From Gemmatimonadaceae bacterium (GTDB lineage: Bacteria; Gemmatimonadota; Gemmatimonadetes; Gemmatimonadales; Gemmatimonadaceae): a stretch of DNA of 45,043 nt. The notes beneath the pieces were generated by a model. The model had not been told where the DNA came from, did not search any database, and saw only the letters and a program-made list of their open reading frames with translations. Positions 28,491 to 38,648 of this stretch are shown here, piece by piece. A program made the position numbers and the translations under genes. The stretch spans positions 1 to 45,043 of the forward strand of contig JBBDYA010000006.1 of assembly GCA_040902005.1 (NCBI GenBank). The letters are read 5' to 3'. The first letter of the stretch is position 1; the number at the start of each line of letters is the position of its first letter.

Positions 28491-29160
28491 GTTCGAACGC
28501 CAGGAAGGTGGCAATCAGGAAAATTAGGTCGTACGCCGCGAGGAGACGAATCCAGGCGCCCGCCTCGTGCATCAGATCCGCGCCCAACAGGGCCCTGGAC
28601 GCCGTCGTCGCCGCGAGCAGCACCGGCACCAGCATGGGAAAGAGCAGCAGCGGCAGCAGGACCTCGCGCGCGCGGCTTCGGCTGGCCATCGACGCGTAGA
28701 ACGTGCCCAGCACGACCAGCCCCACGATGCCCAGCGCCGTGACGCCGACCAGCGAGGGCCACGCCGCCGGAATGCGAACGCCGAACAACACGATACCCAC
28801 GGCCACGACGATCGTGACCATGAGCGTCACGAACAGGAGGTTGGCCAGCAGCTTTCCCGCGAAGATCGTCCACCGCGGCCCGGGATACTGGAGCAGTGAT
28901 TCGAGCGCGCCGCTCTCGAGTTCCACCTGAAATGACCGGTTGAACGCGAGCACGCCGGAGAACAGCGTGGCAAGCCACACGGCGCCGACCGCCGCCCGGT
29001 TCAGCGCGTCCGCATTCGGACCGAGCGCCAGCCCGAGCAGGACGAGGATGGTCACGCCTAGCGACGCCACACCATTGAATCCCGCCTTGGCGCGCAGCTC
29101 CGTGGTGAGATCCTTTTTCGCGATGGCGCGCACACGCCGCCAGTCCTCCCGCCACGCCAT
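28474..29160 (-). CDS. ccmB: Heme exporter protein CcmB
   Basis: KDLTTELR, E..SGALE and LLPLLLFPMLVPVL; six TM helices. Confidence 0.92.
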   Translation of the reverse strand: MAWREDWRRVRAIAKKDLTTELRAKAGFNGVASLGVTILVLLGLALGPNADALNRAAVGAVWLATLFSGVLAFNRSFQVELESGALESLLQYPGPRWTIFAGKLLANLLFVTLMVTIVVAVGIVLFGVRIPAAWPSLVGVTALGIVGLVVLGTFYASMASRSRAREVLLPLLLFPMLVPVLLAATTASRALLGADLMHEAGAWIRLLAAYDLIFLIATFLAFEHVIEA

Positions 29161-29831
29161 CAGTGCGCTCCCGCGGTCTGCGGGGACTCGATGCGTCCGT
29201 CCGCGAGGGTGAGGGTGCGATCGAGCATCGTGCCGGCCGGCGCCAGTTCGTGCAGGACGACAAGCGCCGCGCCGCCGGTTCGCACGACGTCGCCGATCGT
29301 CGCGTTCATGAGCGCGACGCCCTCGGCGTCCAGATTGGCGTACGGCTCGTCCAGCAGCAGCACGCGCGGGTTCCGCAGCATGAGCCGCGCGAGCGCGAGC
29401 CGGCGCTGCATGCCGGCCGAGAAACCGCGCACGCGGTCGTCCGCGACACGGGCCAGTCCGACGCGCTCGATCAGGCCGTGGACCGGCGCATGCGCCAACC
29501 CCAGCATGTCCGCCGCGAACACGAGATTCTCGCGCGCCGTCAGGTCGTCGTACAACCCCGGGGTGTGCGCCAGGTAGCCGACGTGCGCGCGGACGGCGCC
29601 GGCGTCGCGCACCACATCGAGCCCGTGCACATACGCCGTTCCGGCGCTGGGTCGGAGCAGAGTTCCGGCGATCCGCAGCACCGTGCTCTTCCCACTGCCG
29701 TTCGGCCCCATCAGCCCCACGGCTTCGCCGGCCTGCACGTCGAGCGTCACGCCGCGCAGCACCCATCGGGCGCCGAATCGCTTCCCCACCCCGCACACGT
29801 CGATCGCGCGACCGGATTGACCGCTGGACAT
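29160..29831 (-). CDS. ccmA: Heme ABC exporter ATPase CcmA
   Basis: GPNGSGKS, FSAGMQRR and LLLDEP; first gene of the ccm operon. Confidence 0.92.
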   Translation of the reverse strand: MSSGQSGRAIDVCGVGKRFGARWVLRGVTLDVQAGEAVGLMGPNGSGKSTVLRIAGTLLRPSAGTAYVHGLDVVRDAGAVRAHVGYLAHTPGLYDDLTARENLVFAADMLGLAHAPVHGLIERVGLARVADDRVRGFSAGMQRRLALARLMLRNPRVLLLDEPYANLDAEGVALMNATIGDVVRTGGAALVVLHELAPAGTMLDRTLTLADGRIESPQTAGAH

Positions 29832-29865
29832 GGGAGGCAAGATAGCGCTTGCGCGCGGAACGGCC

Positions 29866-30092
29866 GGACGTGACTGCGGACTCAAAAACGGACGTGACGG
29901 CGGACGTGACGGCGGACTAAAGAGCGGACGTAAAGGCGGACGTGACGGCGGACTAAAGAGCGGACGTAAAGGGCGGACGTAAAGGCGGACTTGCCGGTGG
30001 CGTCCCGCGGTTACGTCCGCCGGGAAGTCCGCCGTTATGTCCGCCGTTATGTCCGCCGTCAGAGTCCGCCGTCAGAGTCCGCCGTCACGTCC
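29866..30092. repeat. Head-to-head 12-bp tandem repeats (GGCGGAC core) forming a large imperfect inverted repeat
   Basis: About 11 forward GGAC-core units followed by about 7 reverse GTCC(GCC) units. Confidence 0.85.
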
Positions 30093-30912
30093 CTCCAATC
30101 GCGCGGCATCGCGCCACAAGTCGCGGTTCACCGATCTTCTCGGCCCACGCCGCGAACGCCGGCGTCGCGCCATTCCAACGCAGTTCGTCCACATTCCGGA
30201 ACAGGGGCGCGTCATCCCGCAGTGTCGCCAGGCGCTTGAACAGCAGCGCGACCTCACGCTTCGCGCCGAGCACCTCGGCCGGAAACGCTTCGATGGGGCC
30301 GTGCCGGTTCAGCAGGCGCGCCGCCGTCGTCGCGCCGATCCCCGGTACGCCGGGATAGCCGTCCGCGGCGTCGCCCACCAGCGCAAGAAAATCGGGAATC
30401 AACGGCGGCTCGACGCCGAACTTCTCCCGGATGACGGCGGCGTCGCGAATCCGGTCCCCGCGACGGTCCACCTGCACCACGCGCGTGCCGCGGACGCACT
30501 GGCCCAGGTCCTTGTCCGGCGTCCAGATGCACACCTTGTCCACGCGCTGGTCCGCTGCCGCGAGGCGCGCCCCCGAGGCCAGGGCGTCGTCCGCCTCGAG
30601 TTCCACCATCGGCCAGACCGCGACGCCCATCGCGGCGAGCGCCTCCTCCAGCGGATGGAACTGCGCCCACAGCGCGCGCTCCATGCCCTCCCCCGTCTTG
30701 TACCCGGGCCACAGGCGGTTGCGAAACGACTCGATGACGTGATCGGTGGCGACGCCCATGTGCGTCGCCCCGCTCTCCAGCATCTGCACCACCGTGCGCA
30801 GCACCCCGACCACGGCGCCGAACGGCGGATCCGGCTTCCCCTTCGTGAACCGCCGCAGGCCGTAGAAATGGCGGAACAGCTCGTAGGTGCCGTCCAGCAG
30901 GTGCACGACCAT
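30085..30912 (-). CDS. Standalone 5'-3' exonuclease/flap endonuclease
   Basis: HLLDG, SFRNRLWPGYK, EADD, DKDL and LALVGDAADGYPGVPGIG. Confidence 0.92.
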   Translation of the reverse strand: MVVHLLDGTYELFRHFYGLRRFTKGKPDPPFGAVVGVLRTVVQMLESGATHMGVATDHVIESFRNRLWPGYKTGEGMERALWAQFHPLEEALAAMGVAVWPMVELEADDALASGARLAAADQRVDKVCIWTPDKDLGQCVRGTRVVQVDRRGDRIRDAAVIREKFGVEPPLIPDFLALVGDAADGYPGVPGIGATTAARLLNRHGPIEAFPAEVLGAKREVALLFKRLATLRDDAPLFRNVDELRWNGATPAFAAWAEKIGEPRLVARCRAIGGT

Positions 30913-30921
30913 CAGGTGATG

Positions 30922-33363
30922 CTACTGCCCTCGCATCGTGATCGCCGGGTCGATCTTTGCCGCGCGCAGCGCCGGGAGCCAGCAGGCAGCCAGGCCGATG
31001 AGCAGCATGAGGGCCGCGACGGACACGAGCGTCATCGGATCGTGCGGCGCCACGCCGAAGAGCAACCCCTTTATGAGACGCGCGGCGAAGAACGCGCTCG
31101 CCACGCCGAGCGCCAGTCCGGTCACGAGCAGCACGCCCCCCTCCATCAGGACCATCCGCTGCACCCGCGCGCTGTCCGCGCCCAGGCTCATGCGAATGCC
31201 GATCTCCGTGGTGCGCGCGCTCACCGAAAACGCCAGCACCCCCGCGATGCCGACGGCCGCGATGAGCACCGCGAGAATGCCGAACGACGAGATCAGCACG
31301 GCATTGAGCCGGCGCGGCGCGATGCTCTGGTCCTTGATCTGGCCGATGGTCAGCACGTTCTCGATGGGATCGGTGGGTACGATGCCCCGCACCAGCCGCG
31401 TGGTGGCCCCCACGAGGGCGGACGCATCCGCGGCAGCACGAATCACGATCCCGCCCGACCAGGCCTGCTCCTGCGTGAACGGCATGAACACCACCGGCCG
31501 TGGGGCGGCGTCCAGTCCGCCGTCCCTGGTGTCGCCCACGACGCCAACGATGGTGCGGTAGTCGCCGCTCACGCCGATGAAGCGCAGCACGTCGCCGGTC
31601 CAGGCGATGCGCTGCCCCACCGGATCCCGGTCGGGATAGAACCTGTCGGCGAGCGTCTTGTTGATGATCACCACGCGCTGGCCGTCCTGGCGGTCCGTGG
31701 TGAAGAACTCGCGGCCCCGGAGCAGCGGAATGCCGGCGGCGCGAAAATACTCCGGGCTCGCCGTGCGAAACTCCGCACGCGGCATCGCTTCTCCCGGCGC
31801 GAGCGTCTGCCCCTCCGCCTTTACGTCGAGCTGGAACCCCGTGGACCGCAGCGGCATGGTGGAGCCGACGCCCACCTCGCTCACGCCGGGCACCGCAGCA
31901 ATCTCCAGCTTCATGCGCTCGTACAGCTCCTTGGTCGCGGCGTCGCTGCGACCGGGCACGTTCAGCGGCACCTCCATGGTGAGCACTTCCTCCGAGGCCA
32001 GCCCCGTGTTCACCTCGGCCAACTGGAGCATGGTGCGGGTGAGCAATCCCGCGCCGGCCAGCAGCACGACGGACACCGCGATCTGCGCCACGACCAGCCC
32101 GCGCTGGAGCCGCTGCCTGGCGCCGCTCGCGCTCATGCGATTCGCGCCAGCGGAGATCCATCTGCCCAGCGTGCCCTCGCGCGGCAGCGAGGCAACGAAG
32201 GAGAGCAGCAGCGCGACCGCGACGCTCAGGAGCAGGGTGAAGCCCAGGACCATGCCGTCGAGCGCGATTTCATTGGCGCGCGGGGAATACCGCTCCGCGA
32301 GTGAGATGAGCAGGCGTACGCCGGCAACCGCCACGAGCAGGCCCAGCACGGCGCCCATCCCGGCAAGCACCAGGTTCTCGACGAGCAGCAGCCGCCGCAG
32401 TCGCCCGATGCCGGCGCCGAGCGCCGCCCGGACCACCAGCTCGTGCTCGCGACGCACGCCGCGCATGAGCGTGAGATTCGCGACGTTGGCGGCGGCGATG
32501 ATCATCACGAATGCCGCCGCGCCCATCAGGAGCCAGAGCGTCAGCCGCGCGCGTTCGCCAAGCACCTCGTGAAAGGGAATGACGGAGACGCGATACCCCG
32601 ACCCCGGGTCGTACGCTTCCTTGAACTCATCCTGGATGCGCGTGCGGATCGACGCCACCTCGGTGCGTGCCTGATCGACCGTGGTGCCGGAGGCAAGCCG
32701 CGCGACCATCTCCGTCATGCGGTGCGTGCGCCCCTGCACCATCATCGCGCTCGTATGGTGCTCGCTGATCACCATGTTCATGATCGCGTCCATGCGGTTC
32801 GGAAAGGACGGCGCCGACTGCATCACGCCGACCACTTCCACCGCGCGACCATCCAGCTTCACGGTCGTGCCGATGATTCCCCGGTCGCCGCCGAACCGGT
32901 TCATCCAGTACTCGTGCGTCAGGACCATCACGGGGGGCACCCCGGTGCCGTCGTCGCTGGAGTTCAGCAGGCGTCCCGCCACCGCCGAGAGCCCCATGAC
33001 CTGGAAGTAATTCCCGGTGACCAGGCCGACGCTGATCCGGACGGCGTCGTCGTCTCCCTGCAGCGTGTACGTCATCTGGGAGTATTCGGCGATGCCGCCC
33101 AGCGACGTCGCGCTCTCCCGGAAATCGGTGATCTCGGGAACCGAGAACAGGACGTTGTCGCCGCCGGGGCCGTTGATGGACTGGCGCAGGTAGACGAGCC
33201 GGTCGCCGTCGCGATGCGGCAGCGGCTTGAGCAACACGCCGCGCACCACGCTGAAAATCGCGGTGTTGGCGCCGATGCCGAGTCCGAGCGTCAGCACCAC
33301 GGCGATGGTGAACCCGCGGGCGCGGGACAGGCTGCGGAGAGCGTAGCGAAGATCGGGGAGCAT
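30922..33363 (-). CDS. Duplicated MacB/FtsX-type ABC transporter permease (ADOP-like)
   Basis: DLRYALRSL..GF..VLTLGLGIGANTAIFS; two FtsX domains; EIGIRMSLGA. Confidence 0.93.
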   Translation of the reverse strand: MLPDLRYALRSLSRARGFTIAVVLTLGLGIGANTAIFSVVRGVLLKPLPHRDGDRLVYLRQSINGPGGDNVLFSVPEITDFRESATSLGGIAEYSQMTYTLQGDDDAVRISVGLVTGNYFQVMGLSAVAGRLLNSSDDGTGVPPVMVLTHEYWMNRFGGDRGIIGTTVKLDGRAVEVVGVMQSAPSFPNRMDAIMNMVISEHHTSAMMVQGRTHRMTEMVARLASGTTVDQARTEVASIRTRIQDEFKEAYDPGSGYRVSVIPFHEVLGERARLTLWLLMGAAAFVMIIAAANVANLTLMRGVRREHELVVRAALGAGIGRLRRLLLVENLVLAGMGAVLGLLVAVAGVRLLISLAERYSPRANEIALDGMVLGFTLLLSVAVALLLSFVASLPREGTLGRWISAGANRMSASGARQRLQRGLVVAQIAVSVVLLAGAGLLTRTMLQLAEVNTGLASEEVLTMEVPLNVPGRSDAATKELYERMKLEIAAVPGVSEVGVGSTMPLRSTGFQLDVKAEGQTLAPGEAMPRAEFRTASPEYFRAAGIPLLRGREFFTTDRQDGQRVVIINKTLADRFYPDRDPVGQRIAWTGDVLRFIGVSGDYRTIVGVVGDTRDGGLDAAPRPVVFMPFTQEQAWSGGIVIRAAADASALVGATTRLVRGIVPTDPIENVLTIGQIKDQSIAPRRLNAVLISSFGILAVLIAAVGIAGVLAFSVSARTTEIGIRMSLGADSARVQRMVLMEGGVLLVTGLALGVASAFFAARLIKGLLFGVAPHDPMTLVSVAALMLLIGLAACWLPALRAAKIDPAITMRGQ

Positions 33364-33677
33364 GGCGGGTTTGGGGGGGGGGGGGGGGCGGGGGCCGGGG
33401 GGGGGGGGGTTGCGGGCGCGGGGGGGGGGGGCGGGGGGGGAGCGACCGTCGTCGCTGGTGCGACGCTGGTGACGGGCGCTACGACTGAGGCGGCGCGTCG
33501 GCAAGCGGCCCTGCCCACCAACTTACCGCATCGGCACGCGCGATGCAGAGCGCGTGAACGGCAGGCGGTGCCGAGTTCCCTCCGAGCTCGGGGCACGGTT
33601 GTGCGCGCGGCGGGTATGAAGGAAAGGTCACCGGCATACCGCCGATTCCTCAGTTTGACAGAACGGACCAAGCCATA

Positions 33678-34601
33678 GTGACTCGCAGAGTTTTGCTGAT
33701 CGGCGTCGCCGTGATGGTGGCGGGTACCGCCGCCTTCGGGATGTATCTCCTGCGCGACCCGCGCGCGCGCTTCGAACAGCGTCGCTCCACGCTGGCCGTC
33801 GTCGAGGAGAGCGCCCCGATCGTCGAGGGCACCTCCACGCTTCAGCGGGTTCGTCTGGTGGCCACGAGCGGACTCACGGTGGAGCTGAACGTGCGGCGCG
33901 AAGTGGCCGACAGCAGCGGCCGATTGCCGACGATGGTGATACTCGGCGGGCACTTCACGGGTGCGGAGGCTGCCCGGATGGTGGGCGCCACGCCCGGCGT
34001 GATCGTCGCGGCGATGTCTTACCCGTTCGCCGGCAACCCCAGGCCGAGCGCCACCACCTTCCTGCGCGAGATCCCGACGATCCGCGGCGCGTTCCTGGAT
34101 ACGCCCCCCGCCCTGATGCTCGTCGCGGACTACCTGTTTCGGCGCGCCGACGTGGACACGACGCGCATGGAGGGCGTGGGCGTCAGCCTCGGCGCACCGT
34201 TCGTCACGATCGCGGGCTCGCTCGATCCCCGGTTCAGCCGCATCTGGGCGATTCACGGATCGGGCGGGTCGTACGGGCCGCTCGAGGCGAGCATGAGGCA
34301 CTCGATCGGATTCGGGCCGCTGCGCGCGGTGACCGCGGCCGTGGCCAACGTCATCATCGCCGGTCCGCGTTTGGCCCCCGAGCGCTGGGCGGCGGCAATC
34401 ACTCCGCGCCCGTTCATCATGGTCAACGCGGAATCCGACGAGCGACTGCCACGCGCCTCGGTTGACGCCCTCTTCCGGGGCGCGTCCGAGCCCAAGGAGC
34501 AGATCTGGATGACCGGCGGCCACGTGCACGGCGACGCGCCCACGATCCAGCGTCTCGTCGCCATCGTGCTGTCGCGGCTGGCCGCAGAAGGCACCTCATA
34601 G
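33678..34601 (+). CDS. Membrane-anchored alpha/beta-hydrolase-fold protein
   Basis: N-terminal TM, GVSLG nucleophile elbow, DERLP and C-terminal GGH. Confidence 0.7.
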   Translation: MTRRVLLIGVAVMVAGTAAFGMYLLRDPRARFEQRRSTLAVVEESAPIVEGTSTLQRVRLVATSGLTVELNVRREVADSSGRLPTMVILGGHFTGAEAARMVGATPGVIVAAMSYPFAGNPRPSATTFLREIPTIRGAFLDTPPALMLVADYLFRRADVDTTRMEGVGVSLGAPFVTIAGSLDPRFSRIWAIHGSGGSYGPLEASMRHSIGFGPLRAVTAAVANVIIAGPRLAPERWAAAITPRPFIMVNAESDERLPRASVDALFRGASEPKEQIWMTGGHVHGDAPTIQRLVAIVLSRLAAEGTS

Positions 34602-34630
34602 CCGAGGGCTAGGGAACCTAGATTGCCGGG

Positions 34631-35854
34631 ATGCCCGTCCCCCGCCGGATCCTGCTCGCCGACGCCGACGCGTTCTTCGTCGCGGTCGCCCGGATGGTGG
34701 ATCCTGAGGGCGCCGGAAAAACCCCCTTGCTGATCGTCGGCGGCACGCGCGAGAGCCGCGGCGTGGTGTGCTCAGCGTCGTACGAGACGCGCAAGTTTGG
34801 CGTGCGCTCCGCGATGCCCATCTCGCAGGCGCTGCGCCTGTGCCCCGACGCGATGTGCGTGCCCGTGCCGCGTCGCGCCTGCTCCGAGAAAAGCGCGGAG
34901 ATCCGCGCCGTGCTCGAGGAGTATGCCCCCGTGGTCGAGGGGGCGAGCATCGACGAGTGGTACATGGACTTGGGGGGCACGGAAGGCGTGTACCACCACG
35001 AGCCGCTGGCGACCACGGCGCGACGTATTCGCGACGCCGTGCGCGGCGCCACCCAGCTTTCCGTCTCGATCGGCGGCGGCACGAACCGGCTGGTCGCGAA
35101 ACTCGCCGTCGAGCGCGCCAAGCCAAAGCCGGGCGCCGGCGCCGACGGCGTGCATGCGGTGGAACCCGGCGCGGAGCAGGAGTTCCTTCGCACCTTCAGA
35201 CTCGCCGAGCTGCCGATGGTGGGACCGAAGTTCCAGGAACGCCTGGCCGCGCTCGGAATGATCACGGTTCCCGACGTGCTCCAGTACGACCTGCCGACGC
35301 TGCACCGGTACCTGGGCGAACGCGAGGCCGATTGGCTCTGGGACCGCGTGCGCGGCGTGGACGATTCCGCGGTCGAATCACACGGCGAGGCGAAGAGCAT
35401 CAGCCGTGACGAAACGTTCGCCCAGGACATTCACGACGACCAGGAACTCGAGCGCGAGCTGCTGGCGCTGGTGACTCGCGCGGCGTTCGACCTTCGGAGC
35501 GACGGCGTCGCGGCGCGGACCATCACCGTGCGCATCCGCGACATGGACTTTCGCAACCGCTCGGCGCGGCGTACGCTGGTGGAGCCGGTCGTGTCGGACC
35601 GGGTGATCCTTGGCGTCGCGCGCGCCCTTCTCGTCAAGCTCCGCTCAGCCCGCCGCGTGCCCGCCCGGCTGCTGGGGGTTGCCCTCTCGTCCCTGGCCCA
35701 GGACCCGACGGCGGATCAGCTCGCGCTATTCGACCGGGACCCGGATCCCCTGTCGGAAACGGATCGGGACCGAACGCTCGCGCGGGCGGTAGACAGGGTA
35801 CGGGAGAAGTTCGGCGACCGGGGGCTCATCCCGGCTTCGCTCGCCCGAGACTGA
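34631..35854 (+). CDS. dinB: DNA polymerase IV (Y family)
   Basis: ADADAFFVAV, SYETRKFGVRSAMP, SIDE and KSISRDETF. Confidence 0.93.
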   Translation: MPVPRRILLADADAFFVAVARMVDPEGAGKTPLLIVGGTRESRGVVCSASYETRKFGVRSAMPISQALRLCPDAMCVPVPRRACSEKSAEIRAVLEEYAPVVEGASIDEWYMDLGGTEGVYHHEPLATTARRIRDAVRGATQLSVSIGGGTNRLVAKLAVERAKPKPGAGADGVHAVEPGAEQEFLRTFRLAELPMVGPKFQERLAALGMITVPDVLQYDLPTLHRYLGEREADWLWDRVRGVDDSAVESHGEAKSISRDETFAQDIHDDQELERELLALVTRAAFDLRSDGVAARTITVRIRDMDFRNRSARRTLVEPVVSDRVILGVARALLVKLRSARRVPARLLGVALSSLAQDPTADQLALFDRDPDPLSETDRDRTLARAVDRVREKFGDRGLIPASLARD

Positions 35855-35931
35855 ATACTCGACTCGACAAACGGCTCCACCCGCCGTAGGGTGAAGCAGC
35901 CTACACCCCCCACCTTTCCGAGGAATTTCGC

Positions 35932-36630
35932 ATGCGCGGTCTGAATCGATTCGCAGTGGCAGTACTCGTGCTCGGCGTCGCCAGCGTCGCCAGCGCGCAA
36001 GATGAGTCCGTGAAGGTCGCCGACGGCGGCATCAAGATCGCCGGCTGGGCCGGCAAGGTGGACGCCAGCGAGGCGGCCCGCGGAAACACCATCGACAACG
36101 CGAAGCTCGTGACGATGGGAAGCGGCATGCACGTGACGACCGGCCCCTCCGTGGCCTACTGGAATCCCGCCAACACCGCGAGCGGCGATTACACCGTGAA
36201 GGCGACCTTCGCCGAGCGCGAGTACATGTCCCTCAACAACCATCCGCACCCGTATGGCGTGTTCATCGGCGGGAGCGACATGGGCACCGACACGCAGAGC
36301 TACCTGTACTGCATGGCGTATGGCAGCGGGACCTTCATCGTGCGCGGGTTCGGCGCCGATACCACGTTCCGGCTGAACGGCAATCGTCCGGAGGCCCATG
36401 AGGCGATCAACAAGGCCGCGGGCAAGGGGCAGCCGGTGACGCAGGAGATTGCGCTCTCCGTGAAGGGCGACAAGATCGAATGCGCGGTCAATGGCTATGT
36501 GGTCGGCAGCTACGACAAGGCCGCGGCCATCGGCCCCCGGAGACTCAAGTCCACCGACGGCGTGTACGGCATCCGCTTCGGCCACAACACCGATGCGCAC
36601 GTCAGCGGCTTCACGATGACGAAGCCGTAG
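35932..36630 (+). CDS. Secreted hypothetical protein (beta-sandwich-like)
   Basis: GAGGA RBS, signal peptide ending ASAQ, strong codon bias. Confidence 0.8.
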   Translation: MRGLNRFAVAVLVLGVASVASAQDESVKVADGGIKIAGWAGKVDASEAARGNTIDNAKLVTMGSGMHVTTGPSVAYWNPANTASGDYTVKATFAEREYMSLNNHPHPYGVFIGGSDMGTDTQSYLYCMAYGSGTFIVRGFGADTTFRLNGNRPEAHEAINKAAGKGQPVTQEIALSVKGDKIECAVNGYVVGSYDKAAAIGPRRLKSTDGVYGIRFGHNTDAHVSGFTMTKP

Positions 36631-36641
36631 CGAAAGTGGGC

Positions 36642-36724
36642 TGTCATCCCGAGCGCAGCGAGGGACCTGCAGTTTATTGAGGATTGATTGCAGATTCCTC
36701 GTGGCTGCGCGACTCGGAATGACA
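36642..36724. repeat. REP-like palindromic element
   Basis: TGTCATCCCGAGCGCAGCGAGGGACCTGCA...TGCAGATTCCTCG...CTCGGAATGACA; long imperfect inverted repeat between convergent genes. Confidence 0.8.
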
Positions 36725-36759
36725 TTCTTCAGAGCTTCCTTGGCAGCGTACCGGCCGCC

Positions 36760-37530
36760 CTATTGTACCTGGGGCGGCCGGTCGTCCATGGGGACGAAGT
36801 TCGAGAGGAAGAGACGTTCCTGCGGCGTGAGGGAACTCAATCCCTGCGCGTTGATCTTGTCCAGGATCCGATTGACTTCGTCCCGATTGACCGCGTGCAC
36901 GCTGGCGACATCGATCGCCTTGTAGTCCTCGGCGCGCTTCAGTGCCTCGGGTGGCGCGTCCGTCGCCTTCTTCCTGAACTGCCCGCGCGCGCGGTCCAGC
37001 CACTTGAGGTACAGCCAGGCACCGGCGTAGCCGCCCAGGTGGGCAAAGTGCGCGACGTTGCCGCCGCGCCCCCCGAAGCCGAACCAGAAGGCCATGAGCG
37101 TGGTGAGGATCACGAGCATCCGCGCCGGCACGGGGATGATCCCCCAGATGTGGATCACCGCGTGCGGCCAATAGTACGCGAAGCCCATCATCACGCCGAA
37201 CACGCCGGCCGACGCGCCGATGATCGGCGAGTTGGGCGAGAAGACGAACGACAGCATCGCCCCCGAGACGCCGCTCAGGAAATACATGATCGTGAAGCGC
37301 TTCGAGCCGATGCGCTCTTCCACCCGCGGGCCAAAGAAGAAAAGCGCGAGCATGTTGAACCCGATGTGCGTCAGGCTGCCGTGGAGGAACATGTACGTGA
37401 TCACCGACCACGGGCGGTACAGGATGAGCCGGGGGACGAAGACGAACCAGTTCGCCAGCACAGGCATCGTGTACTGCACGAAGAACGCGGCCACGTTGGC
37501 GATCAGCAGGGCACGCACGACAGGTGTCAA
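36760..37530 (-). CDS. Rhomboid family intramembrane serine protease
   Basis: HIGFNM, GASAG and AHFAHLGG. Confidence 0.93.
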   Translation of the reverse strand: MTPVVRALLIANVAAFFVQYTMPVLANWFVFVPRLILYRPWSVITYMFLHGSLTHIGFNMLALFFFGPRVEERIGSKRFTIMYFLSGVSGAMLSFVFSPNSPIIGASAGVFGVMMGFAYYWPHAVIHIWGIIPVPARMLVILTTLMAFWFGFGGRGGNVAHFAHLGGYAGAWLYLKWLDRARGQFRKKATDAPPEALKRAEDYKAIDVASVHAVNRDEVNRILDKINAQGLSSLTPQERLFLSNFVPMDDRPPQVQ

Positions 37531-37643
37531 ATTCCGGCTCTCCCGATGGCTGGGTCCGACTCAAGATAGCAGGACCCGCTCGTCCCACGACCCGCGCGGC
37601 CCTGCTCTTTCTGCATCCGCGTGGCTGCGTTAAATCTTGGCGT

Positions 37644-38630
37644 ATGACATTCCGCTCCCTGAGCCGCGCGCGCCCGATGCTGGCGGCCGCGCTCCTCGCG
37701 ACCACGGGTGGCTGCGCGCCCGCGGCCGTTCCCGCCACTGGAGGCACCACCGCGGTGATTGCAGCGGACGCGCTGATGGCGCACGTCTCGGTGCTGGCGG
37801 CCGATTCCATGGAAGGGCGGCTGATCGGCACGCCGGGGAACGCCAGGGCCCGCGCGTATCTCGTGCGGGAGTTCGCCGGCGCCGGGCTCCAGGCGCTCGG
37901 AACGGGGGGGAGGTTCGAGTTGCCGGTCCATGTGCGGAGCGGTCGTGACAGCGCGGTGCGCACCGCCATCAACGTCGTGGGGATGATTCGGGGGCGCGTG
38001 AATCCCGACCGGTACATGGTGGTCACCGCACACTACGACCACCTGGGTATCCGGAACGGGGAGATCTACAACGGCGCGGACGACAACGCGTCCGGTACGG
38101 CTGCGCTGATCGAGATGGCGCGCTGGTTCGCGGCGAATCCGCCGGCCCATTCGCTGATCTTCGCGGCGTTCGACGGCGAGGAGGGCGGCCTGCTGGGCTC
38201 GCGCGGATTCGTGGCCTCGCCCCCCCCCCCGGTGCCCGCGGCTGCGATGGTGCTCAACGTGAATCTCGACATGGTGGGGCGGAATACGAACGGCGAGCTG
38301 TATGCCGCGGGCACGTCGCATTACGCATTTTTGCGTCCCTACCTCGATTCGGTCTCGGCGCGCGCGCCGGTGACGCTGCGCCTGGGACACGACGATCCCG
38401 GCGGACCGCGTGCCGACGACTGGACCACCCAGTCGGACCACGCGTCATTCCATCGCGCCGGTATTCCATTCGTCTACTTCGGCGTCGAGGATCACCCCGA
38501 CTACCACCGTCCCACGGACGACACCGAACGCCTGATGCCCGACTTCCATGCGGGCGCGATCACCACGATCCTGGACGCGATTCGCGTGTTCGACAGGAAC
38601 CTCACGATCATCGCCACGCACAGGCCGTAG
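37644..38630 (+). CDS. M28 family metallopeptidase (probable lipoprotein)
   Basis: AHYDHLG, GADDNASG, GEEGGLLGS, SDH and YHRPTD. Confidence 0.93.
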   Translation: MTFRSLSRARPMLAAALLATTGGCAPAAVPATGGTTAVIAADALMAHVSVLAADSMEGRLIGTPGNARARAYLVREFAGAGLQALGTGGRFELPVHVRSGRDSAVRTAINVVGMIRGRVNPDRYMVVTAHYDHLGIRNGEIYNGADDNASGTAALIEMARWFAANPPAHSLIFAAFDGEEGGLLGSRGFVASPPPPVPAAAMVLNVNLDMVGRNTNGELYAAGTSHYAFLRPYLDSVSARAPVTLRLGHDDPGGPRADDWTTQSDHASFHRAGIPFVYFGVEDHPDYHRPTDDTERLMPDFHAGAITTILDAIRVFDRNLTIIATHRP

Positions 38631-38648
38631 CACGCACGGGAGCCCGAG

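Noticed and set aside
30037..32304. Long antisense ORFs (e.g. 755 aa on +)
   Set aside because: These are shadow ORFs of well-supported genes in high-GC DNA.
33373..33440. G-quadruplex or Pro-rich N-terminal extension of the permease
   Set aside because: The near-pure poly-G is most likely low-quality sequence; the permease has a typical start at 33363.
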